Part shown: positions 55,277 through 64,000 of the stretch, piece after piece
Layout: the number at the start of each line of letters is the position of its first letter
How positions within the stretch are numbered: the stretch's first letter is position 1
Source: an uncultured Desulfobacteraceae bacterium
GTDB taxonomy: Bacteria; Desulfobacterota; Desulfobacteria; Desulfobacterales; UBA2174
Direction: 5' to 3'
Length of the DNA stretch: 64,000 nt
Assembly: GCA_937982505.1 (NCBI GenBank)
Contig: CALJLV010000065.1
Span: forward strand, 75-64,074
Made by a program: the position numbers and the translations under genes
Notes under the pieces: model-generated
The model's input: only the letters and a program-made list of their open reading frames with translations
Database searches by the model: none
Told to the model about the DNA's origin: nothing

Positions 55277-56008
55277 ATGATCCGTCCGTCACGCACCGCC
55301 GTTTTGGCCGCCGCGGCCTTCTGGCTCTGGGGCTGTGCCACCGCCTACCAGAGCAAGCCGCTTCCCTTCAAGCCGCCCGAGGCCCATGCCAACGCCACCG
55401 ACGTGGCCGGGGTCCGTATCGGGGCCCAGGCCTACAGCGACCCCCAAACAGCCGCCGAAACCTTCGGGTTTGACGTCATCGGCGCCGGGATGCTCCCGGT
55501 GATGGTGGTCCTCGACAACCAGAGCGGCCAGCCGGTGCACATCCATGCCGACCAGTCATTTCTCGAGGACGCCGCCGGCAACCTCTGGCCGGTGCTCAGC
55601 CGCCAGAACGCCCAGGAACGGGCCGCGCGCTTCTCCAAAACCCGCGAAATTTTCAAGGAGGGGGCCTATGCCGGATTTCTGGGAGCGGCCGCCGGCGGTC
55701 TGGTGGGCGCGGCCATCGGCATTGTCAGCGGGGAAAACGTGGCCGTCGCGGCCGGCAAGGGGGCGGCCATGGGGGCCGCCGCCGGGGCGGTCCTGGGCGG
55801 CACCCGGGGCTACGGCCAGGATCGGACGGGCCGGGATGTCCAGGCCGACATGGAGGCCCGGTCCATCGAAAACGTGGCCGTCGAACCGGGCACCCTGGCC
55901 CACGGGCTCCTGTTTTTCCCGGCCGAGGCCGGCCAGGTTCGGCAGCTGCGGCTGCAGGTGCGCGACGTGCACGGCGGGCGCGCCCACACGGCCCGGCTGG
56001 CCCTGTGA
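55277..56008 (+). CDS. Lipoprotein with a central glycine-zipper segment, function unknown
   Basis: ATG 55277 preferred, with GAGGAGG 6 nt upstream. Signal/lipobox AAAAFWLWGC. Gly/Ala zipper GFLGAAAGGLVGAAIGIVSG...AAGKGAAMGAAAGAVLGG embedded between two beta-rich halves. Confidence 0.6.
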   Translation: MIRPSRTAVLAAAAFWLWGCATAYQSKPLPFKPPEAHANATDVAGVRIGAQAYSDPQTAAETFGFDVIGAGMLPVMVVLDNQSGQPVHIHADQSFLEDAAGNLWPVLSRQNAQERAARFSKTREIFKEGAYAGFLGAAAGGLVGAAIGIVSGENVAVAAGKGAAMGAAAGAVLGGTRGYGQDRTGRDVQADMEARSIENVAVEPGTLAHGLLFFPAEAGQVRQLRLQVRDVHGGRAHTARLAL

Positions 56009-57678
56009 CCCCCTCGCCCATGCGAACCTGCTCCGCCCTTTGCTGGATCCTCGTGGCCCTGAGCATCGGACTGGTGCTGCTCATGGGGGCCGTGCCCCCG
56101 GTGAGCCGGGACGCCCTCAACCACCATCTGCTGGTGCCCAAGCGCTATCTGGCCGCCGGCGCCATCCATGAAATCCCCGAGGTGCCTTTCTCCTACTACC
56201 CGATGAACCTGGAGATGCTCTACCTCGGGGCCCTGTGGCTGGGCAGCGAGATCCTGCCCAAGTACATCCATTTCGCCTTTGCCCTCCTGACGGCTTTTTC
56301 ACTGCACCGCTATCTCGTGCGCCGCCTGGAGGCGGCCTGGGCCGCCGTGGGCGTCTGTTTCTTTCTGACCCTGCCGGTGATCCTGCGCCTCTCGGTGACG
56401 GTCTACGTCGACCTGGGGCTGATCTTTTTTTCCTGGATGGCCCTGGTCCATTTCCTCTACTGGGTGGAAAAAGGATGGAATCGACGTGATTTCGTGATCT
56501 CGGCGGCCTGCTGCGGCCTGGCCCTGGGAGTCAAGTACAACGGCCTTGTCACCCTGCTGATCATGAGCGCCTGCGTCGCCCTGTCCTACGCCCGCCAGCA
56601 GGCCGCAAAACCCCGGGCGGGGGCCGCCGCCCTGGGGCTGGCCGGGCTTTATGCCGCCGTCAGCCTGCTCTGTTACGCGCCCTGGGGAATTCGTAACCTG
56701 ATCTGGACCGGCAACCCGCTGCACCCGCTCTACGGCTCCCTGTTCAGGCTGCTCGGCGGTGCGGAAGGGACCTCCGGAGCGCTGGCGGCGGTCAGCGTCT
56801 ACGGCCACAGCTTGAGCCACTTCACCTACCGGGCCCTGATCCATGGGGAATCCGGATGGGAGATGATCCTGATTCCCCTGCGCATCTTCTTTCAGGGGGC
56901 TGACGATACACCCCGGTACTTCGACGGGGTCTTGCACCCCTTCCTGCTGCTGCTGCCCCTGGTGGCCCTCTTCGCCAGCCACGGGGCCGCCCCGCGGCAG
57001 CGACGGGAAACCGGTTTTCTGCTCTTCTTTGCGGTCCTGACCATCCTGATCGTCTTCGTGCAAACCGACATGCGCATCCGCTACGTGGCCCCGGCCGTTC
57101 CCGCCCTGGTGGTTCTCTCGGTCTTCGGCCTGCAATCGGCGCTGGCGGCGGCGGAGCGGCGCTGGCCGGCAGTGGCCTGGAAACCGGCCATCCTGCCCCT
57201 GGTGCTGGCCGGCCTCATGGCGCCCAACGTCATCTATGCCCGCCAGCTTTACGCCGCCATCGACCCAATCCCGTTTCTCACCGGCCGCACGGACCGCGCC
57301 ACCTACATCGCCGCCCGCCGACCGGAATTCGTGCTTCTGGACCATGCCAACCGCCACCTGGACGACCGGGCGCGGCTGCTGTCGCTGTTTCTCAGCGGGC
57401 GCCACTATTACTGCGACCGGCCTATCCGGGAAGCGCCCGGCATCTTGCTTCAGGCCATGCGCCAGGCCGCTTCGGACCGGGACGTAGCCGCCGCTCTGCG
57501 GTCCGCGGGATACACCCATCTGGTATTCAACGCCCCCTTGCTCAACCGCTGGCTCAACGACAACCTGGAAGCGGCCGGGCTTTCGCTGGCGGCCTCCTTC
57601 TTCTCCCGCTGGACCCGGCCGCTGCTGGAAAACCAGGGGTATGTGCTGGTGGCCGTAGAAACCCAGGCGGCGAACTGA
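56005..57678 (+). CDS. Polytopic GT-C-fold membrane glycosyltransferase (ArnT/PMT, family-39-like), putative
   Basis: 557 aa, about 11-13 TM helices, followed by a soluble C-terminal domain. The GTG start overlaps the lipoprotein stop (GTGA). The family assignment rests on architecture. Confidence 0.5.
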   Translation: MTPSPMRTCSALCWILVALSIGLVLLMGAVPPVSRDALNHHLLVPKRYLAAGAIHEIPEVPFSYYPMNLEMLYLGALWLGSEILPKYIHFAFALLTAFSLHRYLVRRLEAAWAAVGVCFFLTLPVILRLSVTVYVDLGLIFFSWMALVHFLYWVEKGWNRRDFVISAACCGLALGVKYNGLVTLLIMSACVALSYARQQAAKPRAGAAALGLAGLYAAVSLLCYAPWGIRNLIWTGNPLHPLYGSLFRLLGGAEGTSGALAAVSVYGHSLSHFTYRALIHGESGWEMILIPLRIFFQGADDTPRYFDGVLHPFLLLLPLVALFASHGAAPRQRRETGFLLFFAVLTILIVFVQTDMRIRYVAPAVPALVVLSVFGLQSALAAAERRWPAVAWKPAILPLVLAGLMAPNVIYARQLYAAIDPIPFLTGRTDRATYIAARRPEFVLLDHANRHLDDRARLLSLFLSGRHYYCDRPIREAPGILLQAMRQAASDRDVAAALRSAGYTHLVFNAPLLNRWLNDNLEAAGLSLAASFFSRWTRPLLENQGYVLVAVETQAAN

Positions 57679-57696
57679 AAAGAGGACCCTTCGCGC

Positions 57697-58677
57697 ATGT
57701 CCCGGCGTCTGCATCGCATCGTGACCATCGGCGGCGGCAGCGGGCAATTCACCCTGCTCAACGGCCTGCGCACCGTCGGCGACCTGCGCATCACGGCGGT
57801 GGTGTCGATGGTGGACAGCGGCGGCTCCACGGGGCGGCTGCGCGACGAACTGGGCATCCTGCCCCCCGGGGACGTGCTCAAGTGCATCCTGGCCCTTTCA
57901 CCCCATGCCGATTTCGCCCGCACGATCTTTCTCAAACGCTTCCAGGCCCACCGGCGCCTGCGCGGCCACAATGCCGGCAACATGCTCCTGACCATGCTGG
58001 GCCAGTACACCGGGAGCTTTCCCGCTGGAATCCGCGCCCTGTGCGAAATCCTCGACGTGCGCGGCCAGATCCTGCCGGTGACCATGGACCGGGCCACGCT
58101 GGTGGCCGAACTGAGCGACGGCACGCGCATCTATGGCGAAGCGGCCATCGACCTGCCCGCCGGGACGCGCCACCAGAAAATCCGCGACGTCTACCTGGTG
58201 CCCCACCACCACGCCGAGATTTCGGTCCACCCGCCGGTGATCGAGGCCATCGTTAGAGCCCAGACCATCGTCATCGGGCCGGGGGATCTGTACACCAGCA
58301 TCTTTCCCAACCTCATCGTCCCCGGCGTCTGCGAAGCGCTGCGCCAGGCCCCGGCCCGGCTGGTCTATACCCTGAACATCATGAACAAGTTCGGCGAAAC
58401 CCACCAGTTTACCGGTCGCGACTTCGTGCGGGTGCTCGAAGCCCGGCTCCAGCGGCGATTGGACGTGGTCATCTACAATACGCGCCGGCCGCCGCCCCAG
58501 ATCCTGGCCCGCTATCGCCGGTACCGATCCGAGTTCGTGGGACTCGACCCCCTGGATCCTTTCTGGGGGCCCCGGCGCCTGGTGGGCGCCGACCTGCTGG
58601 ACAGCGGCGGCGGCATCGTGCGCCACGACGACCAGAAGCTGGCGGCGCTGATCGAGGGGTTGATCCGGGAAGGATGA
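57697..58677 (+). CDS. yvcK: YvcK/CofD-like (UPF0052) gluconeogenesis-factor family protein
   Basis: 326 aa. IVTIGGGSGQFTLLNGLR and VVSMVDSGGSTGRLRDELGILPPGD. Confidence 0.85.
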   Translation: MSRRLHRIVTIGGGSGQFTLLNGLRTVGDLRITAVVSMVDSGGSTGRLRDELGILPPGDVLKCILALSPHADFARTIFLKRFQAHRRLRGHNAGNMLLTMLGQYTGSFPAGIRALCEILDVRGQILPVTMDRATLVAELSDGTRIYGEAAIDLPAGTRHQKIRDVYLVPHHHAEISVHPPVIEAIVRAQTIVIGPGDLYTSIFPNLIVPGVCEALRQAPARLVYTLNIMNKFGETHQFTGRDFVRVLEARLQRRLDVVIYNTRRPPPQILARYRRYRSEFVGLDPLDPFWGPRRLVGADLLDSGGGIVRHDDQKLAALIEGLIREG

Positions 58678-58771
58678 AAAGGAGTCGGGTTTGCAGGACG
58701 GTTATGCACCTCGGACCCGGCCGACAAGCCGGACAAGTCCGACCTGCCCCAGATAGAACCTTCCGCCGGCG

Positions 58772-60160
58772 CTAACCGTCTTTGGCCGCGGGCTTTTCCG
58801 GCTCCCCGGCCCCATCGCGCCGGGCTTCGGCCTTGACCCGCCCCCAGCGGGCCAGACGCTGGGCCACCGTCTTTTCGTAGCCTCTTTCGCTGGGCTGATA
58901 GAACCGTTTGCCGCCCAGTTCTTCGGGCAGATAGGTCTGGGGCGTGTAGGCTTCTTTATAGTCGTGGGCGTAGCGGTAGCCGCGGCCGTAGCCCAGCGCC
59001 TTCATCAGGCCGGTGGGAGCGTTGCGGATGTGCAGGGGCACGGGCAAGGTCCCGGTGGCGTGGATCGTTCCCTGCACCTCCCCGTAGGCGGTGTAGAGGC
59101 GGTTGCTCTTGGGCGCCGTGGCCAGATAGACGGCGGCCTGGACCAGGGCCAGTTCCCCCTCGGGGCTGCCCAGCAGGCGATAGGCTTCCAGCGCCGCCAT
59201 GGCCTGGTTCAGGGCGAAGGGATCGGCCAGCCCCACGTCCTCCGAGGCAAAGCGGACCATGCGCCGCGCCACGTAGAGGGGATCCTCGCCGGCGGCCAGC
59301 ATGCGGCCCAGCCAGTAGAGGGCCGCATCCGGATCGCTGCCGCGAAGACTCTTGTGCAGAGCTGAAATGAGGTTGAAGTGTTCCTCGCCGTGCTTGTCGT
59401 AGCGCAGGGCCTTGCGCTGCAGGGCCTGCTCCACGTGCGGCAGGTCGATGCGCTGGGGCCCGTCGCCGCTTGTGCCGTCCCCTGCTGCGGCCAGGGCGGC
59501 GGCGATTTCGAGGCTGTTGAGGGCGTGGCGCACGTCGCCCTGGGCGGCGGCAACCAGGTGGGCCAGGGCCTCGGGGGCCAGCGTGGGACGCCGCCGGCCC
59601 AGCCCGCGTTCGACATCGGCCAGGGCCCGCTCCAGGATCTCACCGATGGTCTCGGGCCCCAGGGCCTCCAGAACGATCACCCGGCAGCGGGACATGAGGG
59701 CCGGAATCACTTCGAAGGAGGGGTTCTCGGTGGTGGCCCCGATCAGGGTGATGAGACCGCTTTCCACGTGGTGCAGGAAGGCATCCTGCTGGGCCTTGTT
59801 GAAACGGTGGATCTCGTCCACGAAAAGCACGGTGCGGCGCCGGTGAAACTGCCGCTGCTGGCGGGCCTCGTCGATCACTTCGCGAATCTGGCGCACCCCG
59901 GACAGTACGGCGGAAAACTGCATGAAATGGGCCCGCGTGGAGCGGGCCAGAAGGCGGGCCAGAGTGGTCTTGCCGCAGCCCGGCGGCCCCCAGAGGATCA
60001 TGGAAAAGATCTGGTCCCGCGCTACGGCGTTGCCGATGAGGGTGCCGGGCCCCACCACCTTTTCATGACCCAGAAACTCGTCCAGGCTGCGGGGCCGCAT
60101 CCGCTCGGCCAGGGGAATGGCCCCGGGGCCCTGGCTGGCCGCCTGTTCGAAAAGATCCAC
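58772..60160 (-). CDS. rarA: Replication-associated recombination protein A (MgsA/RarA)
   Basis: 462 aa. Walker [23 protein letters not shown]-terminal MgsA helical domain. Confidence 0.95.
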   Translation of the reverse strand: MDLFEQAASQGPGAIPLAERMRPRSLDEFLGHEKVVGPGTLIGNAVARDQIFSMILWGPPGCGKTTLARLLARSTRAHFMQFSAVLSGVRQIREVIDEARQQRQFHRRRTVLFVDEIHRFNKAQQDAFLHHVESGLITLIGATTENPSFEVIPALMSRCRVIVLEALGPETIGEILERALADVERGLGRRRPTLAPEALAHLVAAAQGDVRHALNSLEIAAALAAAGDGTSGDGPQRIDLPHVEQALQRKALRYDKHGEEHFNLISALHKSLRGSDPDAALYWLGRMLAAGEDPLYVARRMVRFASEDVGLADPFALNQAMAALEAYRLLGSPEGELALVQAAVYLATAPKSNRLYTAYGEVQGTIHATGTLPVPLHIRNAPTGLMKALGYGRGYRYAHDYKEAYTPQTYLPEELGGKRFYQPSERGYEKTVAQRLARWGRVKAEARRDGAGEPEKPAAKDG

Positions 60161-60241
60161 CGGCGATGGTCTCCACCCGGGGAAGTGGCGCCCGACGGAA
60201 GTCGAGACTGGCCTGCGGCGGTGGCCCGGCCCCGCTTCCGG

Positions 60242-61597
60242 TCACCGCCCTTTTCTTGCCCGGGCGCCGAATTCGATCCGCCCGCTGCGCTGGCGGAAAA
60301 TCAGCCGCAATGGAATCCGATCCAGCCCCGAGGCTTGCCGGATCTGGTTGACCAGGTACCGCTGGTACGAGAAATGCACCGCCTCGGGATAGTTGACGAA
60401 GGCCACAAAGGTGGGCGGCCCGGTATCCACCTGGGTGGCGTAGTAAAACTTGAGCCGCTTGCCCTTGTGCAGCGGCGGGAGCGTGCGGGCAACGGCCTCC
60501 TCGAAGATCTTGTTCACCTGCCCGGTGCCCAGGCGCGTCCGGAACTGCCGGAAAACGTCGTCCGCCAGCGGAAAGATCCGGGGCACACGCTGGCCCGTAT
60601 GGGCGGAAACGGTCACCATGGGAGCGAAGGACAAAAACTTGGCCGCGTCCCGCAGCCGAAGCTGCATACGGCGCACGGCCCCCGGATCCCGGGGGACCAG
60701 ATCCCACTTGTTGACCACGAAGATGCACCCGCAGCCGCGGTCGGCGGCATAGCCGGCGATGCTCACGTCCTGGTCGGTGATCCCCTCGACCGCATCCAGG
60801 ACCACCAGGGCCACGTCGCAGCGCTCCAGGCTGCGCAGGGCCTTGATGACCGAAAATTTCTCGATCTTGGCCGAGACCTTTCCCTTGCGCCGGATCCCGG
60901 CGGTGTCAACGAGCAGGTAGGTCCTGTCCCCGCGGACCAGGAACGTGTCGATGGCATCCCGGGTCGTGCCGGGCTCATCGCTGACCACCAGCCGTTCCTG
61001 GCCCAGGAGGCGGTTGATCAGGGAGGACTTGCCCACGTTGGGCCGGCCCACCACGGCAATGCGCACGGCATTGTCCTCCGGGCGGTCCGGAGCGGACGCG
61101 GCGGCGGGCAGGCGGGCCACCAGGGCATCCAGGAAATCGTCGACGCCGTAGCGGTGCTCGGCCGACAGCGAATGCAGGACCTCCACCCCCAGGGCATAAA
61201 ACTCGTAGAGCGCGGACTCCTGGGCTTCCCCGTCGATCTTGTTGACCGCGTAAAGCACCGGTCTGGTATGGTGGCGCAGCCGGGCCACCAATTCGCGGTC
61301 AAAGGGCGTCACTCCGCTGCGGCCGTCCAGGAGCACCACCACCAGATCCGCCTCGGCGATGGCCTGATCCACCTGGGTGCGGATCTGGGGCGCGAAGGCA
61401 TCGGCATCACCCTCGACGAAGCCCCCGGTGTCGATCACCGTGAATTGCACCCCTTCCCAGCTGGCATCCTGGTAGAGGCGGTCCCGGGTAACCCCGGGAA
61501 AATCGTCCACCAGGGCATCCCGGGAACGCGTGATGCGGTTAAAGAGGGTCGACTTGCCCACGTTGGGCCGGCCCACGATGGCGACGATGGGTTTCAT
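60242..61597 (-). CDS. der: Ribosome-biogenesis GTPase Der (EngA)
   Basis: 451 aa. Tandem G domains (GRPNVGKSTLFN and GRPNVGKSSLIN) plus a KH-like C-terminus. Confidence 0.95.
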   Translation of the reverse strand: MKPIVAIVGRPNVGKSTLFNRITRSRDALVDDFPGVTRDRLYQDASWEGVQFTVIDTGGFVEGDADAFAPQIRTQVDQAIAEADLVVVLLDGRSGVTPFDRELVARLRHHTRPVLYAVNKIDGEAQESALYEFYALGVEVLHSLSAEHRYGVDDFLDALVARLPAAASAPDRPEDNAVRIAVVGRPNVGKSSLINRLLGQERLVVSDEPGTTRDAIDTFLVRGDRTYLLVDTAGIRRKGKVSAKIEKFSVIKALRSLERCDVALVVLDAVEGITDQDVSIAGYAADRGCGCIFVVNKWDLVPRDPGAVRRMQLRLRDAAKFLSFAPMVTVSAHTGQRVPRIFPLADDVFRQFRTRLGTGQVNKIFEEAVARTLPPLHKGKRLKFYYATQVDTGPPTFVAFVNYPEAVHFSYQRYLVNQIRQASGLDRIPLRLIFRQRSGRIEFGARARKGR

Positions 61598-61649
61598 GGT
61601 GGCCAGCTATACTTCGGGGGGGGGAAGGATGTCAAATGGCGCTCCAGAC

Positions 61650-61679
61650 TTGACGCCGAAGGGCCGAACCCGGTACTAG
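61650..61679 (+). promoter_or_regulatory. Candidate sigma-70 promoter for the downstream lipoprotein gene (TTGACG-18-TACTAG)
   Basis: TTGACG 61650-61655 and TACTAG 61674-61679, 67 nt upstream of ATG 61746. Confidence 0.35.
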
Positions 61680-61745
61680 ATCCTTCGATCCGGTGCGAGA
61701 CCCCTTTTTCCCCATCGACGCTTTCCGAGTCATAAGGAGCCCACG

Positions 61746-62360
61746 ATGATTGCCCGCAAGCGCCTTTCCGCGTCTTCGGCCATCCTGGCGGCCGTTTGTC
61801 TCCTGGCCGCCTGCGCCAGCACCGACTACCTGCCGGTGCGCTACCAGTTGCCGCCCGCCGCCGCAGATCTGAACGGCAAACAGGTGGTTCTGGAGGTGAT
61901 CGACGCCCGGACCCGGGAATCGATCTTCGATCCTTCCATGCAGGCCGATTTCCGGCATTTCACCGGCAATTTCGCCCTTCGGGTGGCCCGTGGCGACGAG
62001 CAGGGGATGATGGTGGGGGCCCTGGATCTGAAGGGCTTGTTCCGCGAAGCGATGGTCCAGCGGCTCAAGCAGGCCGGCGTCGCGGTGATCCCGGCGCCGG
62101 CCGGCGCGGCGCCGCTGATGACCCTGACCCTGACGCGCTTCGACCTGCGCCAGGACAGTCTCAAATGGTACGCCGACATCGCCTACCAGGCCGAACTGAG
62201 CCGCATCGCCAGCCTCAAGGCCACCCAGAACATCAGCGGCACCGAAGAGCGCCTGCGGGTGCCGGGCAGCAAGAACCTCGAAAAAGTTTTGGGCGACGTT
62301 TTCACCACCCTCATCAACCGCCTGGACCTGAACCGGCTCTTTGCCTCGGCCCACGTCTGA
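61746..62360 (+). CDS. Lipoprotein, function unknown (204 aa)
   Basis: AAGGAG 6 nt upstream. Lipobox CLLAAC. No further motif recognised. Confidence 0.6.
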   Translation: MIARKRLSASSAILAAVCLLAACASTDYLPVRYQLPPAAADLNGKQVVLEVIDARTRESIFDPSMQADFRHFTGNFALRVARGDEQGMMVGALDLKGLFREAMVQRLKQAGVAVIPAPAGAAPLMTLTLTRFDLRQDSLKWYADIAYQAELSRIASLKATQNISGTEERLRVPGSKNLEKVLGDVFTTLINRLDLNRLFASAHV

Positions 62361-62402
62361 GGCCAAACGGCGACCCGAAGCGCCCATGGCCCGGGGCGGT
62401 GC

Positions 62403-63992
62403 TCAGGGCCCGGCGGCCCCCCTGTCGCCGGCCCCATCCAGGAGATACCCCCGGGTCAGCTGGCGGTAGGCCGCCACCTGATCGGCCGCCCACGTCTCGT
62501 CACGCCCCAGTTCGGCCGCCATGATCCGGGCCACGGCAGGCGCCATGGCCAGGCTGGCGCGGGCGTCGAGAAGCAGGGCCCGGGTCCGGCGGGCGAGCAC
62601 ATCCTCCACCGTGCGGGCCATCTCCTCGCGCACGGCCCAGACCACCTCGGCTCGGGTGTAGGGCAGGTTGGGGTGCAGGGGCGAGGCCAGGGCCGGATCG
62701 GCGCGCATCATCTTTTTCAGATGGACCGCATCGGATCCGTAGACGTGGAGCGGGTCGCTCCGGTCCACGTTCTTGAGCCAGGCATGGATCCGCAGCCGCC
62801 GGGTGACGCACTCGCGTTCGTTCAGGCCCGCCACCAGCATGGCCTGGTTGACCGTATCCTCGGCCATCTTGCGGTAGGTGGTCCATTTGCCGCCGGTGAT
62901 GGTCACCAGCCCCGAGGGCGAGACCACCAGAAAATGGTCCCGGGAGATGGCGGCGGTGGACCGGGCCTGCCCCGATCCCACCAGGGGGCGCAGACCGGCG
63001 AAAACGCTGAGCACGTCGGCCCGCTGCGGGTCCTGGGTCAGGTAACGAGCCGCATGCTGGAGCACGAAATCCACCTCTTCGTCCAGGGCCACCGGCTCCA
63101 GGGCGGCTCCGGCCATGGGGGTGTCGGTGGTGCCCACCACCACCCGGTCGTGCCAGGGTACGGCGAACAGGACCCGGCCGTCCTCGGTCTGGGGCACCAT
63201 GATGGCGCTCTCGCCCGGCAGGAACTTCTTGTCCAGCACCAGATGGATCCCCTGGCTGGGGGTAATCAGGGGACGGGCGCCCGGGTCGTCCAGAGCGATC
63301 AGGCCGTCGGCGAAAACCCCGGTGGCGTTGACCACCACCCGGGCGTTGATCTCGAAGGTCCGACCGCTTTCCAGGTCCCTGGCCGCCACCCCCTGAATCA
63401 TGCCGCCGGACTTGAGCAGCGCCACCACCGGCAGGTAGTTGACGGGCACCCCGCCGTGGTCCACCACGGCCTGGGCCAGATTGACCGCCAGGCGCGAGTC
63501 GTCGAACTGGCCGTCGTAGTAGATCACTCCCCCGCGCAGCCCCTCGGGCTCCAAGGTCGGAATCCGTCGCAGGGTTTCTTCCCGCGTCAGCCACTTGGAC
63601 GGCCCCAGCCCCAACCGACCCGCCAGCAGATCGTAGACCTTCATCCCGGCGCCGTAGAAAGGCCCGTCCCACCACTCGTAATTGGGCACCACGAAGGACT
63701 GGTGGCTCACCAGGTGGGGGGCGTTCTGGAGCATCAGGCCCCGCTCGTGGAGGGCCTCGATCACCAGTGCCACGTTGCCCTGGCGCAGGTAGCGCACCCC
63801 GCCGTGAACCAGCTTGGTGCTGCGGCTGGAAGTGCCCTTGGCGAAATCGTGCTGCTCGAGCAGCAAGGTGCGGTACCCGCGGCTGGCCGCGTCCAGAGCC
63901 ACCCCCAGACCGGTGGCCCCGCCGCCCACCACGATCATGTCCCAGTAGCCGTCATGGGCCTCCAGGGCCCGGATCATCTCGTCGCGATCCAC
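62403..63992 (-). CDS. glpD: FAD-dependent glycerol-3-phosphate dehydrogenase
   Basis: 529 aa. MIVVGGGATGLGVALDAASRG dinucleotide-binding motif, ...GTSSRSTKLVHGGVRYL..., C-terminal GlpD helical domain. Confidence 0.9.
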   Translation of the reverse strand: MDRDEMIRALEAHDGYWDMIVVGGGATGLGVALDAASRGYRTLLLEQHDFAKGTSSRSTKLVHGGVRYLRQGNVALVIEALHERGLMLQNAPHLVSHQSFVVPNYEWWDGPFYGAGMKVYDLLAGRLGLGPSKWLTREETLRRIPTLEPEGLRGGVIYYDGQFDDSRLAVNLAQAVVDHGGVPVNYLPVVALLKSGGMIQGVAARDLESGRTFEINARVVVNATGVFADGLIALDDPGARPLITPSQGIHLVLDKKFLPGESAIMVPQTEDGRVLFAVPWHDRVVVGTTDTPMAGAALEPVALDEEVDFVLQHAARYLTQDPQRADVLSVFAGLRPLVGSGQARSTAAISRDHFLVVSPSGLVTITGGKWTTYRKMAEDTVNQAMLVAGLNERECVTRRLRIHAWLKNVDRSDPLHVYGSDAVHLKKMMRADPALASPLHPNLPYTRAEVVWAVREEMARTVEDVLARRTRALLLDARASLAMAPAVARIMAAELGRDETWAADQVAAYRQLTRGYLLDGAGDRGAAGP

Positions 63993-64000
63993 CCCGTTCT

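Noticed and set aside
54902-55473. ORFs 54902..55273 (minus), 55005..55265 and 55102..55473 (plus) in the long intergenic region
   Set aside because: Their translations are Pro/Gly/Arg/Ala-rich without hydrophobic cores or motifs, and none has an SD. The first ATG (55262) of the lipoprotein ORF also lacks an SD, whereas ATG 55277 has GAGGAGG.
40831-61735. Further long antisense ORFs (for example 40831..42570, 44590..46452, 47272..48666, 49181..50719, 50532..52031, 56299..57747, 59378..61735)
   Set aside because: The reasoning is the same: they lie opposite pcm/DUF368, ntrX, ntrY, lpxC, comM, the GT-C gene and rarA/der. I do not consider them overlapping genes without expression evidence.

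Overview
All calls come from reading the sequence and the supplied ORF track. No BLAST, HMM or RNA-folding search was run, so family names rest on motifs I recognise. The window is visibly GC-rich (G+C not computed) and looks like chromosomal DNA. Its gene content suggests an anaerobic Desulfobacterota/delta-proteobacterium-like organism: many sigma-54 regulators, a Feo system, an FmdB zinc ribbon and a type IV pilus cluster. That taxonomic reading is inference only.

I call about 55 protein genes and one tRNA, and most are core housekeeping. They include:
- Core functions: pgk, gpsA, gyrA, a thiolase, arfB, cutA, thrC, serS, pcm, coaD, rsmD, lpxC, comM/yifB, rarA, der and glpD.
- A feo iron-uptake cluster.
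- A complete pilMNOPQ block plus a pilW-like gene.
- Two sigma-54 two-component pairs, one of them NtrY/NtrX-like with DUF4390.

The only clear mobile-element signal is at the extreme left. The 3' part of a tyrosine integrase faces the 3' end of tRNA-Ser(CGA) across an AT-rich spacer with phased repeats. An integrated element therefore probably lies just outside the window.

I found no CRISPR array, IS element, or recognisable restriction, defence or toxin-antitoxin genes, and no compelling self-contained novel multi-gene system. The best candidates for a second look are:
1. A 419-nt non-coding region that ends in a terminator-like hairpin 20 nt before a lipoprotein gene. That lipoprotein is translationally coupled to a GT-C glycosyltransferase, followed by yvcK.
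2. A promoter, 52-codon hydrophobic ORF and strong terminator immediately upstream of gyrA.
3. A consensus-perfect sigma-54 promoter driving an unknown membrane-anchored protein.
4. An overlapping-gene trio of Lon-like AAA protease, SAM methyltransferase and small membrane protein.
5. A feo cluster led by an FmdB zinc ribbon and a Fur-FeoA fusion regulator.
6. An orphan 353-aa protein with no motif I recognise.
7. A terminator/inverted-repeat leader in front of gltS.
8. A small XRE-HTH gene with phased AATTAT repeats at the head of pilMNOPQ.

The many 300-1100 aa ORFs antisense to real genes are treated as GC-rich frame artefacts.
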